From NCBI GenBank assembly GCA_963667665.2, contig OY763927.2, positions 864,001 to 928,000 on the forward strand: a stretch of DNA of 64,000 nucleotides. The letters run 5' to 3'. The notes below the pieces were generated by a model, which was not told where the DNA came from, ran no database searches, and saw nothing but the letters and a program-made list of their open reading frames with translations. Below, piece after piece: positions 1 through 10,592 of the stretch (positions are counted from its first letter, which is position 1; each line of letters opens with the position of its first letter). A program made the translations under genes and the position numbers. Origin of the DNA: Nitrosopumilus sp. Its GTDB lineage: Archaea > Thermoproteota > Nitrososphaeria > Nitrososphaerales > Nitrosopumilaceae.

Positions 1-292
1 CCAGAAACATCTTGTTTGCTTCTTGCATTGATTGCTCATCGGGTTGTTCAGGATAAGAATAAGCATTAAGATGAGTTAGTATTTCAGCAAAAACTACACC
101 AAGACAAAACGCTCTGGATAATTCAGGGATTTGATCAAATTGTAAAGTTTTAAGAATTGAAATATTTCCCTTGAGCATGTGGTTTACACTCTTGTAATCA
201 TTTAGTATTTGATTGATCATATATTACATAATATGACAAAGATAGTGTAATTGCAACAGATATTCCAATAGTGATTATTTTGTATCTAGTTT

Positions 293-766
293 TCACTTTC
301 TTTTTCTCCAAATCAAAAATCCAATTATTCCAATTGCAACAGATAGAACCACAATCCACCTGTACGGATAGTACCAATAAGGATTATCAATGTCAAATTG
401 TGTTGAAAAAGAATATGGTCCAATCTGTAATGTATTGTCATCATTATCCAAATACAACACTACTCTTTCTCCAATCTCAAAGACAGTTGAATCTTCAACC
501 CAAACTCCCTCATCATGCACACCAGATCCAACAACATGAAGGACTTCATCAGATTGAGTATTTTTCAGATATCGTATTACTTGTACATCATAAAGAGAGT
601 GAGTACCCACATCGGTATACTCTATAATAGATCCAAATACAATGATGTCGTAAATATCATACAGTTCTTCTGGAGTATGAGACACGACCAAGGCAAAAGA
701 TGTAGGAATTAAAGAAAACAAAATTCCAAATGAGATAGCAGATACTATCAAAAGTCTAGTTTTCAT
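293..766 (-). CDS. Secreted protein with C-terminal membrane anchor
   Basis: N-terminal signal peptide (MKTRLLIVSAISFGILFSLIPTSFA) and C-terminal TM helix followed by RKRK. Confidence 0.75.
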   Translation of the reverse strand: MKTRLLIVSAISFGILFSLIPTSFALVVSHTPEELYDIYDIIVFGSIIEYTDVGTHSLYDVQVIRYLKNTQSDEVLHVVGSGVHDEGVWVEDSTVFEIGERVVLYLDNDDNTLQIGPYSFSTQFDIDNPYWYYPYRWIVVLSVAIGIIGFLIWRKRK

Positions 767-770
767 AATA

Positions 771-1007
771 TTATTTAATTGGATTCCAAATACATTTTCC
801 TAAATCAAATTGATGTGTACTATTTTTTATTAAAAGAGTAGGAATTGCCTGATTAGGACCTACAGGTACACAATTTACTACTAAATCAGCATTTTTTACA
901 CCTTCATCTGATTTTTTTGTTTCATAATAATCAATGATAGGAACTGTAGATAGAATAATTATTGTAATAGCTAAACTAATGATAATTATTTTTTTATTCA
1001 TTTTCAT
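771..1007 (-). CDS. Small membrane-anchored exported protein
   Basis: N-terminal hydrophobic helix; C-terminal NSTHQFDLGKCIW motif resembles NTTHAIDNHTCEW of 1717-2280. Confidence 0.6.
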   Translation of the reverse strand: MKMNKKIIIISLAITIIILSTVPIIDYYETKKSDEGVKNADLVVNCVPVGPNQAIPTLLIKNSTHQFDLGKCIWNPIK

Positions 1008-1084
1008 CTAATAATCTCCATGTGTATGTTTGAGAATTAATTGTTATTAATTAAATTACACTATCAAAATAAAAAAGAGGGAGA

Positions 1085-1732
1085 TTAACCCAATGTATTC
1101 TCTAAAATTGATTTCATTTGAGAAACTGGCAAATCAGCCATAATAGTATAGTATTTTTTATTTTTCTCGTCTACTACACGAATTTCCCCTGGACTCCAAT
1201 TTTCATGAGTTTCTAACAATTCATTTGTATCTTCATCAATAACTAATGTATTTCTCATTCCTGGTTCAATGAAAAGAGCTGGTAAACCATTTACTTTTCC
1301 CATAGATACTCTATCAGGAAAACTTGTTGAATCTACTAGAAGCTGTAAACGCTTCTCACCACCAGCTATTTCCACATCAAAACCTGAAGTTTGATCAGCT
1401 TCGAAATATCGAATTAGCCCATTTGCAAAAGTTTGTGTAAGTCCGTTGTCTCTACACATTGGTTCTTTTGCAAAGTACAAATCTACAAATCCTGTGTCAG
1501 TATAATTATCCTCTAATGTATGTGATTCAGGAATTCCTACTGGCATATGAAATAACATTTTTCCTGCTTCAGGATTAACATTTTTGTGAACTGTACAATT
1601 TGGGGTTGGCAGAGCATCGACTCTTATAATGTTAGAATCCAAAGATACCATTACTGTAGTTATTCCAAAAATAGCTAGGGCCATACCCACAACTAATGTG
1701 AAATTAACAATTTTTTTCATTTTATATTCCAT
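1085..1732 (-). CDS. Exported protein, DUF4367-like C-terminus
   Basis: Signal/TM N-terminus; VNGLPA...YTIMADLPVSQMKSILEN resembles the DUF4367-type end; start probably at 1720. Confidence 0.65.
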   Translation of the reverse strand: MEYKMKKIVNFTLVVGMALAIFGITTVMVSLDSNIIRVDALPTPNCTVHKNVNPEAGKMLFHMPVGIPESHTLEDNYTDTGFVDLYFAKEPMCRDNGLTQTFANGLIRYFEADQTSGFDVEIAGGEKRLQLLVDSTSFPDRVSMGKVNGLPALFIEPGMRNTLVIDEDTNELLETHENWSPGEIRVVDEKNKKYYTIMADLPVSQMKSILENTLG

Positions 1733-2280
1733 TCACACGTATGGTTATCAATTGCATGAGTAGTGTTAGAATAATTTAATGCAGGTTCTGGACATTTTTC
1801 TTTGCCATTAGGATTATTACTGATTCTTTCTTGGCAAGCACAATTACCCAATACACCTTTTAGATGTTTTTCTGTATCATGTCCAATATATTCTACAAAT
1901 GGATAGGTGTATTTTGATTTATCAACACAGTGAGTTCCATTATTGATATAATTCTCAGCACAAAAAATTTCTTTTCCTTCGGTCATTACTGCATCTTCAA
2001 TAGTTTGCCATTTACAGTCAATACTACTTATCTTGTGGGTATTATTATTCCAGTATTGATGTCCTTCGAGATAACAATCACCACCTGATTCGAAGCAAGC
2101 ACAACTATCTAAAACTTTTTGAAGTTCTGCTGGATCACTATTTGGTTCAATATTTGGTTCAATATCAACAACATCTCTAATTACTGTAGTTGACTCTGGT
2201 AATAGAGAATAACCAATTAGCATTAAAATTATTGAAAGAGTTAAAGGAATCCCAATAATTGGAATTAATTTATTCATCAT
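1717..2280 (-). CDS. Cys-rich exported protein with internal duplication
   Basis: TM N-terminus; two repeats VLxxCAC...NxTHxIxxxxCxW. Confidence 0.65.
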   Translation of the reverse strand: MMNKLIPIIGIPLTLSIILMLIGYSLLPESTTVIRDVVDIEPNIEPNSDPAELQKVLDSCACFESGGDCYLEGHQYWNNNTHKISSIDCKWQTIEDAVMTEGKEIFCAENYINNGTHCVDKSKYTYPFVEYIGHDTEKHLKGVLGNCACQERISNNPNGKEKCPEPALNYSNTTHAIDNHTCEWNIK

Positions 2281-2323
2281 CTCTTACCTAATTACTCGTT
2301 TATTAATTTAAAAAGAAAAAAAA

Positions 2324-2968
2324 TTATTGTAGTGAGTTTCCTAATTTCACTAAATCATCAAGTGGAACATTTCCATAGAATGAGTATCTATATCCATCTT
2401 CACTAATGATTTTTAGTTTGGATTTTGTATCATATGTTGTAGTAATTATTTCACCATCACCAAAGTCAGCTGTTTGTGTTCCACAATCTGAACAAGATTC
2501 TACACCATATGCAGGCATACCATTAATTGTAAAGTATTGTGCATTTCTAGCAGGATTAAGTTCATTAATTTCTGCTATGGTTTCTTTGATTCTTTGTTCA
2601 GCTGTTAACATTTCTGCTCTTTCATCTTCTGAAATGTGAACATTTTCATTTACTTGATGTAAGAAAATGTTTCCTTCAGATGGATTAACAGATTCACCTA
2701 ACCATGTAGTCGATTCAACTGAATTATTTGATATTAATACACCAATTTCATTTGGGTTTCCAATGGCCACACATTTCAGTGAATAACCGTTTGAAAAGTC
2801 AGTTGGATATAATCCAAAGCTAGTGATTTTTTTGCTATCTTCGGCAGTCATACAAGTTCTATCAAGATTATTGACAGATATGGAATCAACAGCTTGTATT
2901 GAAACTATACTTGCAATTACTGCAACCATGATAATACTACCAAATAGCATTGTGTTTTTTCTATTCAT
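2324..2968 (-). CDS. Exported protein, DUF4367-like
   Basis: Signal peptide; INGMPA and YSFYGNVPLDDLVKLGNSL motifs; resembles 1085-1732. Confidence 0.7.
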   Translation of the reverse strand: MNRKNTMLFGSIIMVAVIASIVSIQAVDSISVNNLDRTCMTAEDSKKITSFGLYPTDFSNGYSLKCVAIGNPNEIGVLISNNSVESTTWLGESVNPSEGNIFLHQVNENVHISEDERAEMLTAEQRIKETIAEINELNPARNAQYFTINGMPAYGVESCSDCGTQTADFGDGEIITTTYDTKSKLKIISEDGYRYSFYGNVPLDDLVKLGNSLQ

Positions 2969-2974
2969 GATAGT

Positions 2975-3170
2975 CTATCCTGGTAAGTAATCAGACTCAA
3001 ATATACTTGAGGTACAATCATCACTTGCTGCTGATGTACCAAAATCAAGAGTATTTTCACTGTTACTTACTAATTCTATGTCTTTGCCTGAGGCACTATT
3101 GTCATTTTCACAATAATTATTAAAATCTGCAGCTGATAGATTTATCCAGTTTGTTCCATCATGTATTTTG
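2975..3170 (-). pseudogene. C-terminal remnant of a secreted protein
   Basis: Open frame KIHDGTNWINLSAADFNNYCEND...SDYLPG* with no start codon, directly upstream of 2324-2968. Confidence 0.4.
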
Positions 3171-3259
3171 TTTGTTCAAATGAACGCACAAATCCCTTTT
3201 TTTATTTTTTAATTAATTATCAATAAATTTTGGAATATTTGATTTTCAATCATCTAAGG

Positions 3260-3898
3260 CTATCTGTATAGATCAGACCAAGTTTGAGTATCCCTCAAAT
3301 CTAAACTACTTGTTGTCTCAGCGCGGTATCCGTTGGTTTTCTTCAAGTCAATCAATGGGTTGTTTGGAGTATAACCACTGCATTCAAACTCAAATTCATC
3401 AATGATTGCAAAGCCCTTACTTGTTGTCCATCCTTCTTCTTTGTCAAAGAGTGTAACAACTTTGTAATCACCTATACTACAATCAGCATACTTGAAGTGT
3501 CTTAATGTTTGACCGTCTTTGTGAAGGTAAACATCAACATCAAATTGTCCATAATTGTGTTGAGTGTTATGTATCCCTCTTTCGAATGACACATCTGCAG
3601 CTTCGTATAGATGTGGTCTGTCAAAATCCATTACTCCTTCCAATTTGAAAGCAGGTGATTCTGAATCACGATCAAAGCCTGACATTTGCGTATACACCTG
3701 AAAACCATCTGATTCTTCTATAGCCTCACGGAATTCAAAGACAGTATGAATTGCAATGTCATTTGCTTTTGTGTATTGTTTCTCTTCAGTTTCTTCAGCA
3801 AAACTTTGTGGTTGCGCCATTCCAACTAAAGCAACTAAGGAGATTGCCAATACTGATACCAGAGTTAATTTTTTCTGTATGGTAATCATCAGTTTCAT
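3260..3898 (-). CDS. Conserved thaumarchaeal exported protein (possible Hcp/tail-tube-like fold)
   Basis: Signal peptide; FDVDVYL...FKYADCSIGDY...FEFECSG beta-strand pattern. Confidence 0.7.
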   Translation of the reverse strand: MKLMITIQKKLTLVSVLAISLVALVGMAQPQSFAEETEEKQYTKANDIAIHTVFEFREAIEESDGFQVYTQMSGFDRDSESPAFKLEGVMDFDRPHLYEAADVSFERGIHNTQHNYGQFDVDVYLHKDGQTLRHFKYADCSIGDYKVVTLFDKEEGWTTSKGFAIIDEFEFECSGYTPNNPLIDLKKTNGYRAETTSSLDLRDTQTWSDLYR

Positions 3899-4243
3899 CT
3901 AATCTAAGATGGGAAATATAATACACTTGTTGGATATAGTAACTATAGAATATCTAGTTGTAATTATTCTATATTCTAGAAACTTATTTTATAATAAGAT
4001 AATTTAACTTTGATTGATCATCATCTGGTAATCATAGTAAGATTATGGTTCACATACCAATAGTCATTTTGTGAATATTGGTTAGGTCAAATCTCAACAG
4101 ATTTGAACATAGTGTAAATATATGCTGTAAAATAATTTCAAACACTTCCTACCAAAAATTACTCCTATGTTAAAGTAAAATATGTACAAATCTCTTTAAC
4201 AGGTATAAAATAATATTTAAGAAATCATGTAATTATCAGATGT

Positions 4244-4915
4244 ATGGGAGATAAAAAAAGAGGCTCTGTAAGTAAACAAAAACTAAAAGCAGTTCTTGAA
4301 AATGAGCATCTTTGGTCCAGAGTAAGAGTATATGCAGTTCATGAAATGAAACCAATTGTAGCAGAAATTAAAAAAAGATATCCTAATGATGTAATTAGAA
4401 AATCACTTGTAAATTACTCAATTATTAGAACTGTTTCAGTTTTTGAAATATATCTTCTTAATCTATCACACAGATTAGCAAGACACGATCCAGATAAAAC
4501 AAAAAACTTATTTTCAGATATTAAAACAAGTGAAACACTTGAGAATCAATTGGTGTCAGTATTTAGTTTCACCAAACTTGAAGATATCAATAATGTTTTT
4601 TCTAATTTCATAGATGAAGATTTTTTAACAAAAATACAGAAAGAGAGTGTAGAATATGCTCCAGATTATTGGTACGAGAGTGAACATATGCCATATACCA
4701 AACCCTTACACAAAAATTGGGATGAATTCATTAAGATTTTCGAAATACGTCATGATATCATTCATCATAACAAGTTAGTAAATTTTCAATACTCTTACTT
4801 AAGAAATCTATTGGGCAACACAATGCAATTTTTGATGTGTGCTTCAGGTATTGTTCCACACATATCACCATATGCATCAGAACAGGAAGAACTCGAAGAG
4901 ATTGAAGATATTTAA
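4244..4915 (+). CDS. HEPN-domain protein (putative RNase)
   Basis: Helical protein with N-terminal FE and an RxxxxH motif (EIRHDIIH). Confidence 0.7.
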   Translation: MGDKKRGSVSKQKLKAVLENEHLWSRVRVYAVHEMKPIVAEIKKRYPNDVIRKSLVNYSIIRTVSVFEIYLLNLSHRLARHDPDKTKNLFSDIKTSETLENQLVSVFSFTKLEDINNVFSNFIDEDFLTKIQKESVEYAPDYWYESEHMPYTKPLHKNWDEFIKIFEIRHDIIHHNKLVNFQYSYLRNLLGNTMQFLMCASGIVPHISPYASEQEELEEIEDI

Positions 4916-5375
4916 TTTTTTGCCAGGTTTAACAACAAATTTAATTTATTTTACGGTTCAAATTCTATTAAGAAATTATATTTTTCACCATAATTTTGAA
5001 AAAAGGTCAAACGGAAACTCCTTGTCTATACCCCTTACACATTGTGCTCCCGTTACAATTTGAACCCTAGACGTGACAAAACCAAAAATTAACTAATTTT
5101 TAACAATTAATCCTTGAGAGAGATTTGAACCAATCAAATAATTCTAGATTGGAGCATGATAATACGAAAAACATGATAATCTTACGATATTTCAGGAACA
5201 TATTGGTTAGATTTTTTCTTTTACATGAAATCAGATAATGTAGATTTTACTCAGGAAATTCCTGAGATAGTATTCATGAATGCCAGATTCTGTTGGTACC
5301 CATAATGACTCGCATTTACTTTATTCAAAATATAACCAACACCAACAAAAACGAGTCTCAAAAAAGCGTGACATT

Positions 5376-7397
5376 CTATCTACCAAGAAGAGTTTTTGTT
5401 AATTTGTATAGATTTCCAAAGCTTGGCTGGCTGATTTTAGACACATCTCGTATATCATTTCGAGTTACATTTTCACCACACACTATACATGCAAGATACA
5501 GTACAGTCGCAGCTAGCCCACTAGGTTTTCTACCCACACCACCACCCATTTTTGTAATTGTATCAATACATTTCATGGCATGTTTAGTGGCATTATCGGA
5601 AATTCCTAATTGTTTGGAATAGATAGTAACATAGTTTTTCATTCGTGAATTAGAATCAACCGGATTCTTAGAATAGATATTTAGATTTATTTTTCTTTCA
5701 GCTTCGATAAAGACCTGGTTCTCTCTACGGATTTTTTTCAAATAGCGAGTTTTCTCCAAATAATCAATTCTATTTCTAATCATTTTTTCTGTAATATCAC
5801 CACCTTCTAACAATTCAATCAAACTTTCAAGTGGAATAGAATTATCTCGGAGTATGCCTTTTACCTCACTATCCAATGCTCTAGTTCTCAGTCTCTTGTA
5901 AAAGGAGGAATTAATACCAGTTTGTTCATGGAGATCATCCAAACTTTCTAAAATAGATGATGAGAAATTTGTTTTCGTGTCGTGTTCTTGTCTAAGTAAT
6001 TCTTTCCAAACTATTTTCCAATCAAAATTACCAGCTTGAACTATTAAGCCTAAATCCTGAATATCTCCTTCTCTCAAAGTAACTGCTTTTAATAAAAATA
6101 AATCTTCATTGCAAATACTGTGTAAAATGAGTTTACCAAATTCTTCAACAGTAGATCTTTTGATCATGTTTTCAGATAATAACAATTTTCTTGCAATTCT
6201 TGTTTTGAATAAATCTATACGACTTCGAGCTGGATGCTCAAGTATATCAAAAGGATCAATACGATTATCATCTTCTGTAAAATGTAATTTGTTAAGTGAA
6301 CGATATCCAATTTGCTCCAAACATGCAACTAATGCGTTTCCTTCATCCCCATCAATCACTATAATATCACAATCTTTAGTTCTAGGTTTAATGCCTTTTT
6401 TCCTCATGTTTTCACCTCCAAAAAGATATGCTTTGACAGGTTTTTCCAATTGTTCACCTATCTCTTCGAATAATTTTGGATATGCAGTTGGAAGAGTGTA
6501 CAAATCAGGAGAAATATTGTATAACCTTGCTTTTTCCTCAAATTCATTTTTTGGTAAAAATAATTCAGTGTTGGTTACAGGGTTATTTCTAATATACCCC
6601 TCCACATCTATCCAAATATTTGAAATTGAATAAAGTCTAGCTGTTCGTCTAATTTCCAATGGATCCATTTTATCTCTATTTTTTAAATAAAATAGCATAC
6701 ATATTGTAATCTCATTTTTGTTTTTATTTTGTATTGCAGATATTATAGAATGTATCAACACATCCTCAAGTGTTATTGCCCCATCTTGTTTTATGTAGTA
6801 ATCATTAATTGTATGGTAATCTATACCATAATCTGAGAATAAAGAAAGACCAGTTAATTCACCGTTAATATTTTCATTTTTGAGTGTTTTTTTCAATACT
6901 CTCATACTATCTTGATAAATTATCTCAGAGTTTGGCTCAGTTAATTTTGCATTTTCTTCTGTTTTTAGATATTTAGCAAAAAGAAATACATCTTCATTTT
7001 CTCTTTTCAAATTTATCTTATTATTTGTTTTTGTTATAACTCCAATAGAATTAAAATCAGATATTGTACGTTGGATTGTTCTCAAAGAAAGACCAGTTAT
7101 CTTTTCTATTTCTTCAAAAGTTCTGGGCTCGGTTATACTAATTAGTATTTTTTCATTTGAATCATGTAATAATTTTTCAATGTCATAGTGCGTCGACATT
7201 TTATTGAAAAGAGCATATTTTGGATTTAGATTTATTTTTAAAACTCCATCTTCTTTATGGACATAATTCTGGTCAACTAGTTCCTTTACAAGTAAATTAA
7301 ATTGAGAATCACTAATTCCCAAATCCTGTTTTAGGACAGTAATTGTGTTTGTTCCTTTACTAATTTTTTTTAATAGTTGTATCAATGTTTTGTTCAT
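5376..7397 (-). CDS. wHTH + nucleotidyltransferase (DUF6036/AbiEii-like) + C-terminal TFIIB cyclin repeat
   Basis: N-terminal HTHs; NTase motif FGGENM...TKDCD, RIDLF and REGD; C-terminal GRKPSGLAATVLYLAC...VTRNDI matches the TFB repeat. Confidence 0.75.
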   Translation of the reverse strand: MNKTLIQLLKKISKGTNTITVLKQDLGISDSQFNLLVKELVDQNYVHKEDGVLKINLNPKYALFNKMSTHYDIEKLLHDSNEKILISITEPRTFEEIEKITGLSLRTIQRTISDFNSIGVITKTNNKINLKRENEDVFLFAKYLKTEENAKLTEPNSEIIYQDSMRVLKKTLKNENINGELTGLSLFSDYGIDYHTINDYYIKQDGAITLEDVLIHSIISAIQNKNKNEITICMLFYLKNRDKMDPLEIRRTARLYSISNIWIDVEGYIRNNPVTNTELFLPKNEFEEKARLYNISPDLYTLPTAYPKLFEEIGEQLEKPVKAYLFGGENMRKKGIKPRTKDCDIIVIDGDEGNALVACLEQIGYRSLNKLHFTEDDNRIDPFDILEHPARSRIDLFKTRIARKLLLSENMIKRSTVEEFGKLILHSICNEDLFLLKAVTLREGDIQDLGLIVQAGNFDWKIVWKELLRQEHDTKTNFSSSILESLDDLHEQTGINSSFYKRLRTRALDSEVKGILRDNSIPLESLIELLEGGDITEKMIRNRIDYLEKTRYLKKIRRENQVFIEAERKINLNIYSKNPVDSNSRMKNYVTIYSKQLGISDNATKHAMKCIDTITKMGGGVGRKPSGLAATVLYLACIVCGENVTRNDIRDVSKISQPSFGNLYKLTKTLLGR

Positions 7398-7614
7398 TTT
7401 AGTGACATTTAATAGGTTAAATTACTATAAAAACATATTTTATGACACTAAATTAAGAATTATCATTTTTGTAGCCAAGGCATGTTCATGTGAACATACC
7501 TTGAGGAAAATTCAGAAAAACAGGATAATATGAAACACATGATAATAAGAAAAATATTTACATTTTTGAACAGATTAAGGTAAGTTTACCTGAACTTCCC
7601 TTAAAACAATGGGC

Positions 7615-8088
7615 TCACGGCTCAAAAGATAGATGAGTTTGTTTGGCATTAGAGGGTTTTTTCTTTGAATTACCCTCGACAACATTGTCCTGAATGAATT
7701 TGTTGAATGCTGCAAGCATTGGAGTCTTGTTTAAAATGTTAGAATGTTGTGCAATAAGATTACCTATCACCAATGCGTTTTGCATCATTGGATAAGCATT
7801 TGATTTGTTTTGATTCTTTTCGTAAACGTTTTGTAAAGACTCTTGCAAATTTGTCATTCGTTCAATTTCTTTTGAAAGGTAATTCAAATTTCTTTTGAAA
7901 TTTAATACAAAACCTTCTCTAGCTAAATGATGCAACCAAGCTGTGTTGTCTTCTTGTAACACTTGCATGTAGTTTTTCCATGTTGCATCAGATTTTATTT
8001 TGCAATCTTTTTTTATTTCTTCTACCGATCTGCCTTGATGAAATCCGGCTAGGATTTTCTCTTTCTTTTTTGCATTTATGTTCGGCAT
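7615..8088 (-). CDS. HTH + coiled-coil protein, mobile-element type
   Basis: GRSVEEIKKDCKI HTH-like segment; in a run with HNH and integrase genes. Confidence 0.6.
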   Translation of the reverse strand: MPNINAKKKEKILAGFHQGRSVEEIKKDCKIKSDATWKNYMQVLQEDNTAWLHHLAREGFVLNFKRNLNYLSKEIERMTNLQESLQNVYEKNQNKSNAYPMMQNALVIGNLIAQHSNILNKTPMLAAFNKFIQDNVVEGNSKKKPSNAKQTHLSFEP

Positions 8089-8140
8089 TTGATCGGCCCC
8101 CCCACACCATTAGCCAAGATATATTCTAAACAATGCAGCA

Positions 8141-8857
8141 TCATTGGCCAGTTCTCCTGAAAATAATTTGCTTGCCGTTAACTTCTCTTCGTTCATAATC
8201 TTTTGCTACAGCACAAGACATTGATTCCAAATGACGTTGAACAGCAGAATGAGAGCCTCGGCCAATTTCATTTTGAACTAGATAAGTAACACATTCTACA
8301 GCTTCTTTCATCGGAAGATCTATTCGGATGGGAGGTTTTCCATTATGTGGAATCAGTTGTTGTGAAAGGAATTGAGTACAATGTTTGATTATTACTACAC
8401 TTACGTCGGCTTCATCACTTGTCTGCTTGCCTATGTTGAATCTTATTCCTCGCTCGCTCTCTCGCGCAGGGTCGAATTCATCAGCCCATCTTTCATTTGT
8501 TTTTAATTTATCAAGAGCAAGATTCTTCCAATCAAAGTTAGTTTTCTTTTCTTCATTACAAATAGCATGAGCCCAAACCATATTTTCAAGTCGGTTATCT
8601 GACTCTTTGTTGTTAAGATGATCCCATTCTAGGCATAGAGTATTAGATTCTGGATGAAATGGTTGTTTGCAATAGAAGCAAGTACATTCTTCATATTTGA
8701 GTCCAGGATAATCTCTACGCATTATCATCTGACCCCATTTCATTTTTTGATTATGGTTAATGTGTAAAGTCATAATGATGTAACTCCAGAAATGCTTTGG
8801 CGAGAGAGAGAGCGAGAAATCAATTTGTACAAGTACCTTTACTAGAAATAATTGCAA
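8141..8857 (-). CDS. HNH endonuclease domain protein
   Basis: CFYC...EWDHL...N..ENMVWAHAICNEEK; true start probably near 8773. Confidence 0.75.
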   Translation of the reverse strand: MQLFLVKVLVQIDFSLSLSPKHFWSYIIMTLHINHNQKMKWGQMIMRRDYPGLKYEECTCFYCKQPFHPESNTLCLEWDHLNNKESDNRLENMVWAHAICNEEKKTNFDWKNLALDKLKTNERWADEFDPARESERGIRFNIGKQTSDEADVSVVIIKHCTQFLSQQLIPHNGKPPIRIDLPMKEAVECVTYLVQNEIGRGSHSAVQRHLESMSCAVAKDYERREVNGKQIIFRRTGQ

Positions 8858-9005
8858 TTTTTTTGATAATGTGTTTAGTAAAACAATCTATCTTGGAACA
8901 CTTTTGACAAACACTGTAAGACTTGGCATCTCCTGCAACAGAATAAGTGATGATATATGATGGTGTATGTTCATCCATACAAGAATAAATAATTTGTTTA
9001 GTCAT
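8820..9005 (-). CDS. Small Zn-finger protein
   Basis: C..H and CQKC motifs, 61 aa. Confidence 0.5.
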   Translation of the reverse strand: MTKQIIYSCMDEHTPSYIITYSVAGDAKSYSVCQKCSKIDCFTKHIIKKIAIISSKGTCTN

Positions 9006-9168
9006 TTGTGATTTTTACTCCCATATTGTACAATCACATATTCAATTCTCAACATATGTTTTCTAAATAAAAATAATGATTAAAAAACTAATTGTAAATG
9101 AAACACCAATTAGATTATCATTAGATAGTTATGTTATAGATATTTTTAAAAATAACAGTTAGAACAAA

Positions 9169-10317
9169 CTAGTTTTTTCTTTTAAGTTCCATTCTTTTTT
9201 TATCTAGTAAAAGCTCATCCAATATTTTTTTTGTTTCTAGCTGGTCTTGAGACTGTTGTTTCTTGTATTCCTCAAACTGTTTTTCAAGACTTGCAGATTT
9301 TTTTAAGCTATCATGTAATTGATTATCATGAGATATTTCAGTAAATACCGTGATTTCAGGCTCTACCATTTCATAGTAAATTTCCAACGCGTGCCTTGAT
9401 CTTCCCTTGTATTCTTTAGAGCCAGAGTATTTTTTGCCAGTGAATATTTTTTTGAAAGCTAACGGAACACCTGCTCTGTCACACGCATCATCAAACTCTT
9501 TTCTCATTCTTTTTGGTCTGAATAGTTGTTGTACACCAGGTTTCAACGTTATAGACATGTGTGAAACTCCAGTTCTAACATTAACTGAGAATTGTGCTCT
9601 GCTTAATGCATTGCCTCTTGGCAACAATTCATAATCAGATGGCGTAAAGTTTCTACCGTATTTTGTTCTGAAGGTAGCTTTTCTTTTAGCTAGCTCAGTT
9701 ACAAAAACAGGTTCATCATCAGATGCAAATTCTCGTTCTTGTTTGTAATAGCGTCTTAGTAGTCGAGTAGCTTCTTTGCTGAAAAAAGTATCAATAATCT
9801 CACCAGACTTGCTTCTAAAATCACTAATGAAAAATCGGTCATGTTGAGCCTCTTGGTATCTAACATCACCAACAGTAATTCTCAACAAATCCCCACTATC
9901 TATTCCAGAGCTTAGTGCACAAAGAAATATCACCTGATCTCTAAAATTAAAATGAGATAAAATTTCCTTGAAAAGATCCCTATCAATAATTACTTTTCTT
10001 ATTATTTGGTTGTCATCTAATTTGATTTCGATGATTTTTGTCATTGGATAATTTTTGTCAGTTGAAGCTACTTGTCGAGCTCGTATGGCAGGAGATTTGA
10101 TCTTGCCCATAGTTACGGCGTTATGGCTATAGAATCCTCTAACGGTTCCATAGATTCCAATTACAGCAGAATTATAATCTATAGTGGGTTTGTTTTTGCA
10201 ATACACAAATCCCTGGTGCAATCGTGTCTTGACTTTCCTAGGATCAATTACAGCTTCCTCGATTAACTCATCTGGATTTTTTGGGTCGTCAGATTGACTT
10301 ACAGCTTTTAAGAACAT
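9169..10317 (-). CDS. Tyrosine recombinase/integrase (atypical active site; possibly 5'-disrupted)
   Basis: RDQVIFLCALSSGID, RSKSG, RPKRMRK, FTGKK..EY; frame stays open ~48 codons upstream to a TAA just after ATG 10473. Confidence 0.75.
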   Translation of the reverse strand: MFLKAVSQSDDPKNPDELIEEAVIDPRKVKTRLHQGFVYCKNKPTIDYNSAVIGIYGTVRGFYSHNAVTMGKIKSPAIRARQVASTDKNYPMTKIIEIKLDDNQIIRKVIIDRDLFKEILSHFNFRDQVIFLCALSSGIDSGDLLRITVGDVRYQEAQHDRFFISDFRSKSGEIIDTFFSKEATRLLRRYYKQEREFASDDEPVFVTELAKRKATFRTKYGRNFTPSDYELLPRGNALSRAQFSVNVRTGVSHMSITLKPGVQQLFRPKRMRKEFDDACDRAGVPLAFKKIFTGKKYSGSKEYKGRSRHALEIYYEMVEPEITVFTEISHDNQLHDSLKKSASLEKQFEEYKKQQSQDQLETKKILDELLLDKKRMELKRKN

Positions 10318-10592
10318 TGGAAACCAGTATTCAGTGCCATAAAGCGTACCTCTAGATAATTCACCATCATTAGCATTCTCTTCTAAGCTAGTTACCCAAT
10401 TTTTGTAGGATTTGTATTCTTTGTAATTTTTTTCCTTAGATATTGTAAGATTTGCTGTTTTTTACACGTGCATAATACGGTTTTATATCTATTAAAGTTC
10501 GATGATGAGCGAACTTAATTATATTAAAGTTTAAACTTTTTTTAGATCTAAGAAACGTTAGTAATAAATCACCCAGTTTTATTGTACATGAT

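Noticed and set aside
3928-3958. Archaeal dif site (GTTGGATATAG...ATATCTAG)
   Set aside because: Arm symmetry and spacing are imperfect, and its position in a promoter fits a transcription-factor site better
5111-5135. tRNA remnant (reverse complement GGTTCAAATCTCTC)
   Set aside because: T-stem does not pair and there is no acceptor stem
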